From Plasmodiophora brassicae (taxonomy: Eukaryota): a DNA stretch of 64,000 nucleotides. The stretch is taken from contig CP145420.1 of NCBI GenBank assembly GCA_036867785.1, positions 1,116,001-1,180,000 of the forward strand, written 5' to 3'. Below are positions 10,418 to 20,604 of the stretch, piece after piece. The translations under genes were made by a program, and so were the position numbers. The notes beneath the pieces were generated by a model. That model made no database searches. It was given only the letters and a program-made list of their open reading frames with translations, and had not been told where the DNA came from. How positions within the stretch are numbered: position 1 is the stretch's first letter; each line of letters opens with the position of its first letter.

Positions 10418-13400
10418 ATGTCTGCCGAGGCGTTGCTAGCCGCCCTGGCCGCCATCCACGATCCGACTACGCCGGCGCCACTGCGATTACAGGCCACAGC
10501 GCAATGCGAGGCGTTCAAGGCGGCCGGCATAGCGTCCATGCCGGTTGCGCTGCAACTGTGCCGGCGGTCGTCGCCGCAGGCAGGCCGGCACTTTGGCCTG
10601 CAGACCATCATCCACGTCGTCGAACAATGCTGGAACAACCTGTCGCCAGACGATAAGCAGATCATGTGTCAGACGGCGGTGCAATTGTGTCAGGAGGACG
10701 ATACCGGCAGCCGGTTCGTCTGTGAGATGCAGGCCCGTATCATCGTGGAGATCGCCTGCCGTCAGTGGCCGCAGGAGTGGCCCCGTCTGCATGAGATCCT
10801 GCTCGATCTGGCCGCCAGATCTCAGCACAACGCCATTGTCACATGCAGCGTCTTCACCGGACTCGCCGAACTCGTCGTCAAACCCACACAGCCAGGTAGG
10901 GGACGCGCCTGACCCGCATAGTCCGACTCGTGACTGTGTGGCCTCACAGGGCGCGTGTTCCTGCCTGAACGCCGGCGCTTGGAGATTCGACAAGGTCTCG
11001 AGGCGTGCCTACCGGCTGTGAACGCTGCCCTGGGCGGTATGCTGCAGGTCGGGTCGCGAGAGGTCGCTCTGGCGGCCATCACGTGTATCGCGGCGACCGC
11101 CGAATGGGAATCGCACGCCAACCTGGTTGCCAGTCAGATACTGTCGCGCCTGTCGGCCCTGATGACGTCCCGAACGGACTTGTTCGAGTTTGCGGTCGAG
11201 CCGCTGCTGAAGATCTGTTCCAGGCGGCCGCCGTCGCTGACCGACGACCTGGTCGCCGAGCTCATCGCTGTGTGGCGTGCCACTGTTCTGGTCACCAGCA
11301 CCATCCTGCGGTCAGCGCCATTCCCGGACCAGCAGCGCCTGTTGAAGATCGCTGTCGAGCTGCTGGCCGCTCTCAGCCGGTACGCGCACCCGGTATTGCC
11401 GAATGGCAGGTGGCGCCTAGCTAACCCCCCACGTCGTTGCAGGCATCAAATGCAGCCGCTGTTGGACACGAACGACGTGTCCCTGCACCACATGTACCTA
11501 GCGTTACTCGGCGACCTGCTCAAGTACCCGGACGACGCCGATGTCGGTATTACGACGTTGTCCATCTGGCTGCCAGTCATCAAATCCGGCAAGCTCGTCA
11601 GCGCGGAACAGCGACCCGCGTTGCTCACCGAGCTCCTGCAGATCAGCGCCGACAGGTCCGTGTACGAACAACCCGTGTTAATGCGATTTCTGATCAGGGG
11701 GCATTGCAGGGTGATCGCCGGGGCACCATCGACCGGAACGACAGACGAACAGTCGAGGAACGCGCAGCGGTACCGCACGTCGTTGCTGGACATGGTCCGG
11801 GTGGTGGCTGGGGAAGCACCGACCGCCGCCATCCAGGTCGCCGGTGGCCACTGCCTTTGCCTGCTATCGGTGCGCGGCAGCGATGTCGCCCAGGCGCAGT
11901 CGGCGCAGATGATGCTGCAGACGGTCCTTGAGACGCCCGCCATACGACAGATTCTGGCGGGGGAGGCACCCGACAAAGACGGCGTCGAGGCGCTGGCATA
12001 TTCCCTGCTGGTCTCGCTCCTGCAATTGCATTGCGAAGACACCCAACTGCTCATTCGTTACTGCTCTGCATTGTCACATTTCCATGAACTGCTGGGCCGG
12101 CGACCCGATGTCCTCCGTCTGGCCATCGACAAGCTGCTGACCATCAACGATTTGGGTGTGTGCCGTATTGCAGGTCGTGTTGTTCGTGTCGCTGACGCTG
12201 GTATTCCTGTGCAGGATCCGCCGACGTGCCCGATGAGCTCGCGTACCAACGCAAGGCGATCTGCGTGCTGATTGGGTTGGCGAAACGCGCACGCCCCTGT
12301 GCGGTGATGGTGCAGTGGTTCCCGACGCTGTCGCCCGCCGTCATGGCCTTATGCTCGCAGCGGCCCCGGCACGCTGCCCAGCTCATTGAGTTCCTGGTCG
12401 CCATTGCGAACTCGCTGGCGGACCCGCAGCAACGTGTCGCGTACGTGTCCGCCCTGATCGAACCCGACCTGGTCGCCTTTCAGACGATCGTATCGGATAT
12501 GACGTCGTCCCGATTCATGTCGCTGTTCGGTCTGGGACGTGTCGACGGCAAAGTCGCGTTCAATATCGCCCAGGCGAAGGCGTTACGTCCTCAGCTTCGT
12601 CAGGTGCGTGTTTGCTCGTGTGGCAACTGCTGTTTCTAAGGCTGGCCATTTGTAGATCTTGGGTCTGCTGGCTTCGTTCCTGTCGATCCTGCGTACAGCA
12701 TCCGTCGACGAACGCATTTGGACGTCTCTGCTGCCGGGCATTGTGACGCTGACCACCCGCCTGCATGAATTGTACTGTGTCCGGCCGGACGACATGGCAC
12801 CGTCGGCGAATGCCATTCTGGAAGTCAGTCATGGCGATGCACACATCCAGATCCGCAAGATGGTGGGCGACCAGCGATCCGACGTCGAAGCCGATGTGGA
12901 CGTCTCTCGCGCTCAGTTTGGTTCCCTACGTGACCGCCTCTACGGACTGCTAGCTGTCGTCATGCAGGTCCGCCCCGTTGCTGTTGTTGCCTGCCTGCCG
13001 CAATCCCTGTCAGCGTTCTCCATCTGGCGGCTCCAGCCGATCCTGCAGAAAGTCCTGACTCCGTTCCTGGAAAGCCACTGCCCAGTGGAAGACGACATTT
13101 TCGTTCGAGTGTTTGCGCAGGTGGGACCGCGGATGACCTGTCGTCCGCACGACTAATTGAGCGCCATTTCAGGTCGTTCGTGAGATGCTCAACGTGCTAC
13201 GCGTTGCGTGGAACCGTGCCGCCGTACCGCAGGAGCGTGTCTCTGTCGAACGCGATGTCTTTGAGGACAATGCATTACGGGATCTGACCCGCGCCGTGCT
13301 GTCCCTGATTATGTCAACGGTAGCGACCTCAGGATGGGTACCGTTCGCTGAGGCGAACCCGGCTGCGGGTCCGTCTCGAGCAGACGCTGCGTTGGACAGG

Positions 13401-14066
13401 GTCGCATCGTCACCGCCCATACTTCAGGACCTGTTCGCCATCACGTCACTGGCTATCCAGTGTCCGGACTCCCATGCTCAGGTCGGGGCAAATCGTATCG
13501 GTCCGCTGATCATTGAAGCTCATCGGGTTCAACGGCAGAGAAGTGCCTCAATCATTACGTGCCGATTGATTCCTGCGACGGTGGCCTGCGGGTGCCAGCA
13601 GATGGTCGTTGAGATGTGCAGCCTTGTCCTGCGCTCTCTGTCATGTGACGTTACGGGGCATCCCGACCACATTTCAGTGGTCCAGGTGGCTCTGCATCAG
13701 CTGGCCCTGGATCGATCGTCGAACGTGGCGGACTTGCTCAGGACGATACCAGGTGCCGTTCCTCAGGAAGTGGACAGACTGGTCGATGAGTTGAAAGGTG
13801 CGCCTCAATCGACGAAAGTGCTGCGGTCAGGATCGTTCTTGGATTGGTCGATCGCTACATCGTGGACTAACGGTTGCGCCTGCAGGTCGGCGGTGCGTGC
13901 GTTCCTGCTGGCGTACGTCATTGGCAAGCAGTGCGACCGCGCCAATGGGGCCAAAATTGTTGACCTCGATGCGCCATTGGTTTTTGCCGCGAAGCCATCT
14001 CCTACGATCGCTGATGACGACACGCCGATCGTCGCGCTTCACGATTTGCTCGAGTCGCAGACATAA
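10418..14066 (+). CDS. XPO5: Exportin-5-like karyopherin, multi-exon
   Basis: N-terminus ALAAIHDP...RLQATAQCEAFK...RHFGLQ...WNNLS...IVEIACRQWPQEWP is typical of XPO5/Msn5. Consecutive helical ORFs are linked by short introns, with the stop at 14066. Confidence 0.72.
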
Positions 14067-14099
14067 TACATGACAGATAAGTATAGCACACGGACAAAC

Positions 14100-14245
14100 T
14101 GTGATGTCCAAACGGTGATGGTTCATCGAACTGTGTATCGTCGAACCTCCAGCTCCAGCTCCTACCTCGGGATCTGGATTCGTCTTGTCGAATCACCGCT
14201 ATTCTTATCTTTTATAGCTTTGAGGCGGCACATTCCCCTCCTTCA
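14100..14245 (-). mobile_element. 3' LTR (14100-14232) plus PPT of a truncated Gypsy related to element B
   Basis: TG..CA ends. Both ends and the adjacent ttcccctccttc (PPT on minus) resemble the LTR at 30975-31171. Confidence 0.7.
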
Positions 14246-14359
14246 AAGGAATGCTCCCTACAGGGTCCTCAAATACTCATTGGTTGTTCATCATATCCCT
14301 ACTCCGTGGACTTCACCGATATATATTACGGTTTAGACGTTGGCGTGTCTACCGGTACT

Positions 14360-14680
14360 TGGTTTATTTGTGTTTCGCGCTTTCACGCAGTCGCCTCGGT
14401 TTCGGGTCCGAGGACTGTATGGACAACTTGCAGCACGCAAGCAGCGTTCTCCGGCCTGGCAGTGCCGGCCTACCACCTTTTTTGGCATGTCTCCAGAAAT
14501 TTTATAAAGGATACGAAAATTCAACTAAGTGAACGTATCAACACGGGAAGGCCTGAACTTGTAGACCGGACCGCCCAACTAGGCCACGACAGCAGCTGCT
14601 CTCGTGGCCTAGTTGGGCGGTCCGGTCTACAAACTTCGTCCTCATTTTACAAACTTCCTCACAAGTCCGGTGGGCCTCCG
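14360..14680 (-). mobile_element. Degenerate LINE-like 3' end sharing its tail with the SINE
   Basis: Shares ggccggcacNgccaggccgg and cctcgg-N8-ccgagg...gcgcgaaaNacaaataaa with the SINE at 23712/29634. Upstream is a weak C..C..EDE-like remnant. Confidence 0.5.
14560..14631. mobile_element. Solo 72-bp palindromic terminus (TGTAGACCGG...CCGGTCTACA), TSD AACT
   Basis: Near-perfect palindrome flanked by aact at 14556-14559 and 14632-14635. Same unit as the ends of 49930-50251. Confidence 0.85.
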
Positions 14681-15522
14681 CAAACCGTAATATATATTAC
14701 GGTTTAGAGCGAACATTCCTAGACAGCCAGTTACGTTCCTAATCCAAATTATGTTCACGTTAGGAAATCGATTACGACTCCCGCGAGCGGCAGAGCGCGT
14801 CCTGAGTGCGGTTGGAGTTTCATTCTGCCTGTTCTGACTGCACGACTGGTGTTCGCCTGAACCTGAGCGACACAAACCACAAATGTTATGACACGACTGA
14901 CGACGACCAAACCTATCGACAACACGGAGTAGTCGACTGACGTCGACTCCGCGGCGTTTATTTGCGTCCGATATTGCGGACGCTGCAATCAGGGCCATGA
15001 GAGTTATAGTCTCGGTCACGCGGTTACCGCCTGCGGAGCCGCGGTCCTGCCTTGTTCGGATATTTCTTATGGGACTCAGAAATGGCCCGATCCAGGCCGC
15101 CGGTGCCATGGAGGTGCCGAGCGGGCTCCCAGGTGCGTTCCGGTGGGGGATAAGATAACCCTCCCAGTCCACGAGATAATGTAGCGAGTTGCGGATGTAG
15201 CGGGAATCCAATATGTGTGTACCACGTAAAAACGGCTCCTTCTCACCATTGTAGTCCGGGGTCCTATATTTAGCTCCTCATCACCTACGTCAGCATCAGC
15301 ATCCTCCAGATATTCACATGCGCCAGAGATTCATGTGTCGAGATATGCGGGGATCGAGAGCACGCGATCACGTGCGCCGCTGGTGGGAGAGCGGGGTACG
15401 GGATCGATGGTGGATAAACGGCATTCGTCTATTGTGTCACCCGAGGCTTGACGGAAGACACTATAGTGGCCACTACGTGTCGTACGTTGACTCTCCGTGA
15501 ACGACACCGACGACGACACGAC

Positions 15523-18500
15523 ATGGAGCTGACAAGCAGCAGCAGCAGCGGCGGCTCGACAAGCGCTACCATCGTTACGAACGCCGATGCGAGCATCCTG
15601 CCCAAGGCTAACAACCTTGACTCGACATCGATCCTGACGCTGCGCGAGGCGTACAACCGCTACGTCGCCATCTTCGAGGATCGGGAGGCGCAGCAGCCGC
15701 GGGGGCGTCGACTTCGTCCGCAAGGCATCCGGCTGTGCTTCACCGCCGTGCAGTTGAAGGCCATTGCCGAAAATCACCTGGACCTGGACGACGGCGCCGA
15801 GGCGTTGACTGACGAATTGCTGGACGGATGGATCCGAGACCAGGTCAACGCATTGCCCACCAGCCACGGGCTGCGTATTCAGGACATCGAGTCCAAGATC
15901 GCGGATGAGCTTTCGATGGATACCTCGATGTCGACCCTGCGAGATCAAATCGCGTCAATCCCGGACCAGCTGACGGCCATCCAGGACCGCCACGGTTGGA
16001 AGCTGAGCGAGACCGCCGGAGGACGCAAGGCCATGGGGCGCCTGATCGCTGACTCGCTCCAGCCCGGCTACCTCCGCGGTCACGTACAGGCATGGGTCAA
16101 GGAGGACAAGGCCGAACGTGAAGGCAATACCAGGGCGATCGTTCGCGAGGCGCAGGATTGGGCGAGGCACTTCGTCGCGATCGGACGCGCCCGCAACGCA
16201 TCGATCAAGCGTCCTCGGAAGAAGTGTTCCGAACTGCGACTCGCCGACAAGCAGAGCAAGCTGACTCCCGCTGCGACAACTTCAGGTGGACGCCGCGTAC
16301 CAGCCCATCGCCCTGTGCCCGCCAACCGGCAATCGGGCCCACATCCAGTGACCGTGAACGCTCCCAAGCGCAACCGCGAACCGACTGCGACAAGTGACAG
16401 CAGCCAGATGACGGGGACGACTGATGGCAAGCGCGACTTCAAATGCTGGCACTGCTCTGGGCCACATAAGATGTCGATGTGCCCAGAGAAGCCGACGAGA
16501 GAAAGGCGCAATGAGCTCGCACGTCATCATCGGCCCGCAGGCGGACATCATCCCGATGGACGTCGACCGATTAAAGTCGCCAAAACTCGCGCCTACACTG
16601 GGATCCAGCACGTGACACAGCAAGTAGAGATCGAGGGAAGGCGTATCCCTTATGTTCTAGACTCTGGCTGTGATGGGGGAAACCTCATACCTGAACACGT
16701 TGCGAATGAGTTGAAGGGCGCCACGTTCGAGGTTATCGAGCCCCGAGAAATCGCATCAGCCGACGACCAAGTCATTGCCGTCAGCACCCGCATCGTCACC
16801 GTTCCAGTGACGAAACTCGAAACCAAAGCTGGGAATCTCACCCTGTACCATGTTGCCTACTATGTCTGCGACGCTATTCCAGTCATCTTATTCGGCGACA
16901 CACTACTCTCTATGATCGGCATCAGTCCACGTCAGCAACTCGAGGACATGATCGCATCCGGCACCACCGAGTTTGATGCCAGACTATCTGGATGCGCCAT
17001 GTTCGATGTGGAGTCGTTCGACGCCGTCAGTGAAATCGTTGCAAGGATGGCGACGTTGAGCGGCGACACGTATCAGGCGCCACATGTACACGATGCGGCG
17101 GAACCTACCTCCAGTGATGTCGACTTAGGGCCGATCAACGTTCAAGAGATTGAGGCATCCCTCACCCGCCTGATACATCAAGCACGCCTCAACGGCATGT
17201 CTCGTCAAGGGGTTGCACGGCTACGACTCATCCTTCGACGACACGTCAACGAATTCCGCACACAGCTTGGTCAGGACGGTCCCGTCAACATCGAACCTAT
17301 GATTACCAAGCTTCAACCAGACGCCACGCCGTACCGATGCAGACCACGCTCCTACAACCCGAAGCAAAAGGAGTTCCTCGACGAGATGATCAAGATGCTG
17401 TTGGAAAACAATCTGGTCTACCTCAACATGAACTCCAGATGGGCGAGTCCCGTTCTTGTGGTCAAGAAACCGAACGGCAAGGGGTACCGCCTGTGCGTCG
17501 ATCTGCGCCAGGTGAACTCGCGTACGGTACCAACTGCTTGGCCGATGCCCAACATCGAGGCGGCTAGTCGGAAGCTGGCTGGCATGACCTGCTTCTTCAC
17601 GATCGATGCCCACAAGGGGTTCTGGCTCATGCCAATTGCGAAGGAATGCCAGGAGATCTTCTCGTTTATGACCGACGACGGCGTCTACACGCCTACCAGG
17701 AGCATTCAGGGCGCGACCAACTCTGCCTTGCAGTTCCAGGCGCGGATCGGGAAGATCTTCGACGACATGAAGGATCACCTCTTGATATGGATCGACGACC
17801 TGCTGGGATTCGCCAAAACGGAAGACATTCTACTGCATCAGCTTGCACGTGTCTTGGAGCGAGCGCGCGAACGCAACTTGAAGTTCAACCCGGACAAATG
17901 CGTCCTATTCGCTCGAGAGCTGAAGTGGTGTGGGCGCATCTACTCTCGTGATGGAATCCGACACGATCCCGAACGAATCGAGGCGCTGACCAGCATGCCG
18001 CGTCCTAACACTTTCAAAGAGCTACAGCAGTTCATCTGGGCGGCCAACTGGATGCGTACCAGTGTTCCCGGTTACGCGTACATCATCGCCCCGCTCCAGG
18101 AGCTCACGGACAAGGCGAACGAGGAGATGAAGAGAATCCAGTCTTCGTCACCTTCGTCGATTCGGTTACATGATCTTGGATGGACAGACCGGCACAGCAA
18201 GGCCTTCGAGGACATACGCTTTGCGCTGATCCAGCACGTCCAGCTCGCGTACCCGAAGTCTGATCACCAGACATGCTTGTTCACGGACGCCAGTGACCTA
18301 GCATGGGCTGCGGTCATTACCCAGATTCCGAGGGAGGATATCGACCTACCAGTTCATGAACAACGACACGAACCACTTGCTTTCTACGGCAAGCGGTTCT
18401 CTGGCGCTGAGTTGCGATGGTCAACACCGGAGAAGGAGGCAGCCGCCATCATCAAGGCGACTGAACGTGGTGACTTCCTTCTGCAGACGTCGCGTGAATT

Positions 18501-20328
18501 CCTCATGTTCTGCGACCACCGGAACCTCACGTTCATCTTCGCGAAGGACGCTGAGATGAAGAAGCACACCGCTCAGAAAATCGAGCGCTGGGCGCTACAT
18601 CTCCAAGGGTTTGATTACCGTACCAAGGAGATCTCCGGCACTGCCAACGTCTGGGCCGACCTTTTATCTCGATGGGGCGCAGGACGAATCGCACTGGCGT
18701 GCCGGGCAACGCGCATCTTGCAGATGGACGATCTTCGCGTAACGCCGATGACGCATCCCGATTTCCAATGGCCGACTGAGACCGAAATTCGCGAATCGCA
18801 AAGGCTATTGTCGCGTGAAGAGAAAATCGAGGACGGCGTGTTCTTCGATGATGACGCTCGTTTGTGGAAGTCGAAAACGAACGCCGTTCTGATCCCGATT
18901 CACAACGACTGCACCAGCTTGCGCCTACGCATCATGATCATTGGTCATTGTGCCAGTGCTGCTCATCGCGCGTACGACGTTACCAAGGAGGCAATCACAA
19001 CGCGATTCGCTTGGCCGGGCATGGACAAGGACATTCAGCAGATGTGCCAGCAGTGTCTTCATTGCATCACGACGCGGGGAGGAGCGAAGGTTCCGCGTCC
19101 GCTTGGAGAAGCGTTGCATGGCCACATTCCATTCGAGGTCCTGCACATGGATTACTTGTACGTCGAACCAGTTCGAGGAACCGATCATTCTTATAAGTAC
19201 ATCCTCGTGATGAAGGACGACTTCAGTGGTCTCGTCCGATTGATTCCATGCGCCGATGCGACCAGCCGAGTTGCGGCAGAGGCACTATTCCAATGGATTG
19301 CCGACTTCAAAACACCACAATATCTTGTCACCGATGGCGGATCTCACTTTACCGCCGAACTCATCAAGGAGCTGACCAGGCTGCGAGACGTCGAGCATCA
19401 TATAACGTTGGCGTACTGTCCATGGGCAAACGGGACTGTTGAACGCGCCAATCGCACTATCGTTGGCATCCTACGAAGCGTTCTGAGTGAGGGGCAGATC
19501 AGCACGCACAGCTGGCCCTACCTCTGCCCATTGGTGCAACACGCCATCAACCATTCGCCGAGCACACGCCTCGGAGGTTTCGCGCCGTTCACGGTCGTCA
19601 CCAAGTTGAAACCCGAGCACCCTCTGGACAACATCTGGGATCCGGCATGCAATCAGCTGCGGCCGATCTCTCCGGGATGGGTGGCGACGTACCTGTCAGC
19701 ACTGCAGACCGTTATGGACGAACTCCATAAGGTCGTCGATGAAGCCAGGGAGGCGAGGCACGCGTCCAATGTACGGCAACGCTCGCGACACGTGAGGAAG
19801 GCCCAATGCGAGTCGTTCATCCCGGGCGACTACGTCTTGAACGCGAAGCCCGTCCCCGGACCCGCACAGAAGTTGATTGCGCAGTGGCGCGGCCCCTACC
19901 GAGTTGTTCAACGCGTCAATGACCAGGTCTACGAACTCGAAGACCTGTTGACTGCACGGCGCTTCCAAGCACACACGCAACGCATCCGCCGCTATGCGGA
20001 CGCCGATCTCAACATCACCACCGAAATCAAGCAGCACCTTGAGCGGCTTGACCAGCAGTTCCACGTTGACGACCTTCTCGATTGTCGTATCGATCGCGAA
20101 ACTCAGGAGTTGCAGATCAAAGTCGCTTGGTCCGGCTTCGACCCATCTGAGGCTACTTGGGAGCCTGCAGCACTTATCACCGAAGATGTACCGCAGCTTG
20201 TGGAACAACTTATTCGGAAACTGGGCGATACTCATGCACACGTCGCTGCATTGAGGCAATTGATTCCGGCGCCGAAACGCTCTCGCACTCGGAATGCAAC
20301 ATCGCATCGAAATAAGCGACGATCTTAA
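15523..20328 (+). CDS. Gag-Pol polyprotein of Gypsy A (intact)
   Basis: Zn knuckle CWHCSGPHKMSMC, PR LDSG, RT WIDD, RNase H FTDAS, IN HHCC plus D-D-E (HMDY, VTDGG, VERAN), GPY, chromodomain VAWSGFDPSEATWEP. Confidence 0.95.
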   Translation: MELTSSSSSGGSTSATIVTNADASILPKANNLDSTSILTLREAYNRYVAIFEDREAQQPRGRRLRPQGIRLCFTAVQLKAIAENHLDLDDGAEALTDELLDGWIRDQVNALPTSHGLRIQDIESKIADELSMDTSMSTLRDQIASIPDQLTAIQDRHGWKLSETAGGRKAMGRLIADSLQPGYLRGHVQAWVKEDKAEREGNTRAIVREAQDWARHFVAIGRARNASIKRPRKKCSELRLADKQSKLTPAATTSGGRRVPAHRPVPANRQSGPHPVTVNAPKRNREPTATSDSSQMTGTTDGKRDFKCWHCSGPHKMSMCPEKPTRERRNELARHHRPAGGHHPDGRRPIKVAKTRAYTGIQHVTQQVEIEGRRIPYVLDSGCDGGNLIPEHVANELKGATFEVIEPREIASADDQVIAVSTRIVTVPVTKLETKAGNLTLYHVAYYVCDAIPVILFGDTLLSMIGISPRQQLEDMIASGTTEFDARLSGCAMFDVESFDAVSEIVARMATLSGDTYQAPHVHDAAEPTSSDVDLGPINVQEIEASLTRLIHQARLNGMSRQGVARLRLILRRHVNEFRTQLGQDGPVNIEPMITKLQPDATPYRCRPRSYNPKQKEFLDEMIKMLLENNLVYLNMNSRWASPVLVVKKPNGKGYRLCVDLRQVNSRTVPTAWPMPNIEAASRKLAGMTCFFTIDAHKGFWLMPIAKECQEIFSFMTDDGVYTPTRSIQGATNSALQFQARIGKIFDDMKDHLLIWIDDLLGFAKTEDILLHQLARVLERARERNLKFNPDKCVLFARELKWCGRIYSRDGIRHDPERIEALTSMPRPNTFKELQQFIWAANWMRTSVPGYAYIIAPLQELTDKANEEMKRIQSSSPSSIRLHDLGWTDRHSKAFEDIRFALIQHVQLAYPKSDHQTCLFTDASDLAWAAVITQIPREDIDLPVHEQRHEPLAFYGKRFSGAELRWSTPEKEAAAIIKATERGDFLLQTSREFLMFCDHRNLTFIFAKDAEMKKHTAQKIERWALHLQGFDYRTKEISGTANVWADLLSRWGAGRIALACRATRILQMDDLRVTPMTHPDFQWPTETEIRESQRLLSREEKIEDGVFFDDDARLWKSKTNAVLIPIHNDCTSLRLRIMIIGHCASAAHRAYDVTKEAITTRFAWPGMDKDIQQMCQQCLHCITTRGGAKVPRPLGEALHGHIPFEVLHMDYLYVEPVRGTDHSYKYILVMKDDFSGLVRLIPCADATSRVAAEALFQWIADFKTPQYLVTDGGSHFTAELIKELTRLRDVEHHITLAYCPWANGTVERANRTIVGILRSVLSEGQISTHSWPYLCPLVQHAINHSPSTRLGGFAPFTVVTKLKPEHPLDNIWDPACNQLRPISPGWVATYLSALQTVMDELHKVVDEAREARHASNVRQRSRHVRKAQCESFIPGDYVLNAKPVPGPAQKLIAQWRGPYRVVQRVNDQVYELEDLLTARRFQAHTQRIRRYADADLNITTEIKQHLERLDQQFHVDDLLDCRIDRETQELQIKVAWSGFDPSEATWEPAALITEDVPQLVEQLIRKLGDTHAHVAALRQLIPAPKRSRTRNATSHRNKRRS

Positions 20329-20453
20329 CCTGTACCATCACTCTGAATTAATCTCGATACCGTATCTGTTCGCGGGTGGACGATACGATGATGATCATGA
20401 TCATGGATTGGTCTCTCATGACAATCCAACCTGGTTGACGGCAACGTAACCAT

Positions 20454-20604
20454 GGTTCGACTTGGCTGGTTGCTTTGGGCACCACGGTCGGTTTGACTTG
20501 GCTGGTTGCTCGGTGCACCACGGTCAAAGTTCGGTTCGACTTGGCTGGTTGCCCACGGGACCACGGTCGATTTGACCTGGCTGGTTGCCATGTGCACCAC
20601 GGTC
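20454..20604 (+). repeat. Four ~36-bp tandem units in the 3' UTR of Gypsy A
   Basis: Approximate unit ggttYgacttggctggttgc-N6-caccacggtc, four copies. Confidence 0.85.

Larger units (their letters stand above)
14319..14708. repeat. 19-bp direct repeat atatatattacggtttaga (14319-14337, 14690-14708); the second copy overlaps a 24-bp palindrome (14682-14705); MITE-like ends or long TSD
   Basis: The repeats are directly visible. The interpretation is ambiguous. Confidence 0.45.

Noticed and set aside
20454-20604. Repeat/variable pattern resembling a CRISPR array
   Set aside because: The variable parts are only ~6 nt, there are no cas genes, and it lies in a retrotransposon 3' UTR. It is a minisatellite.
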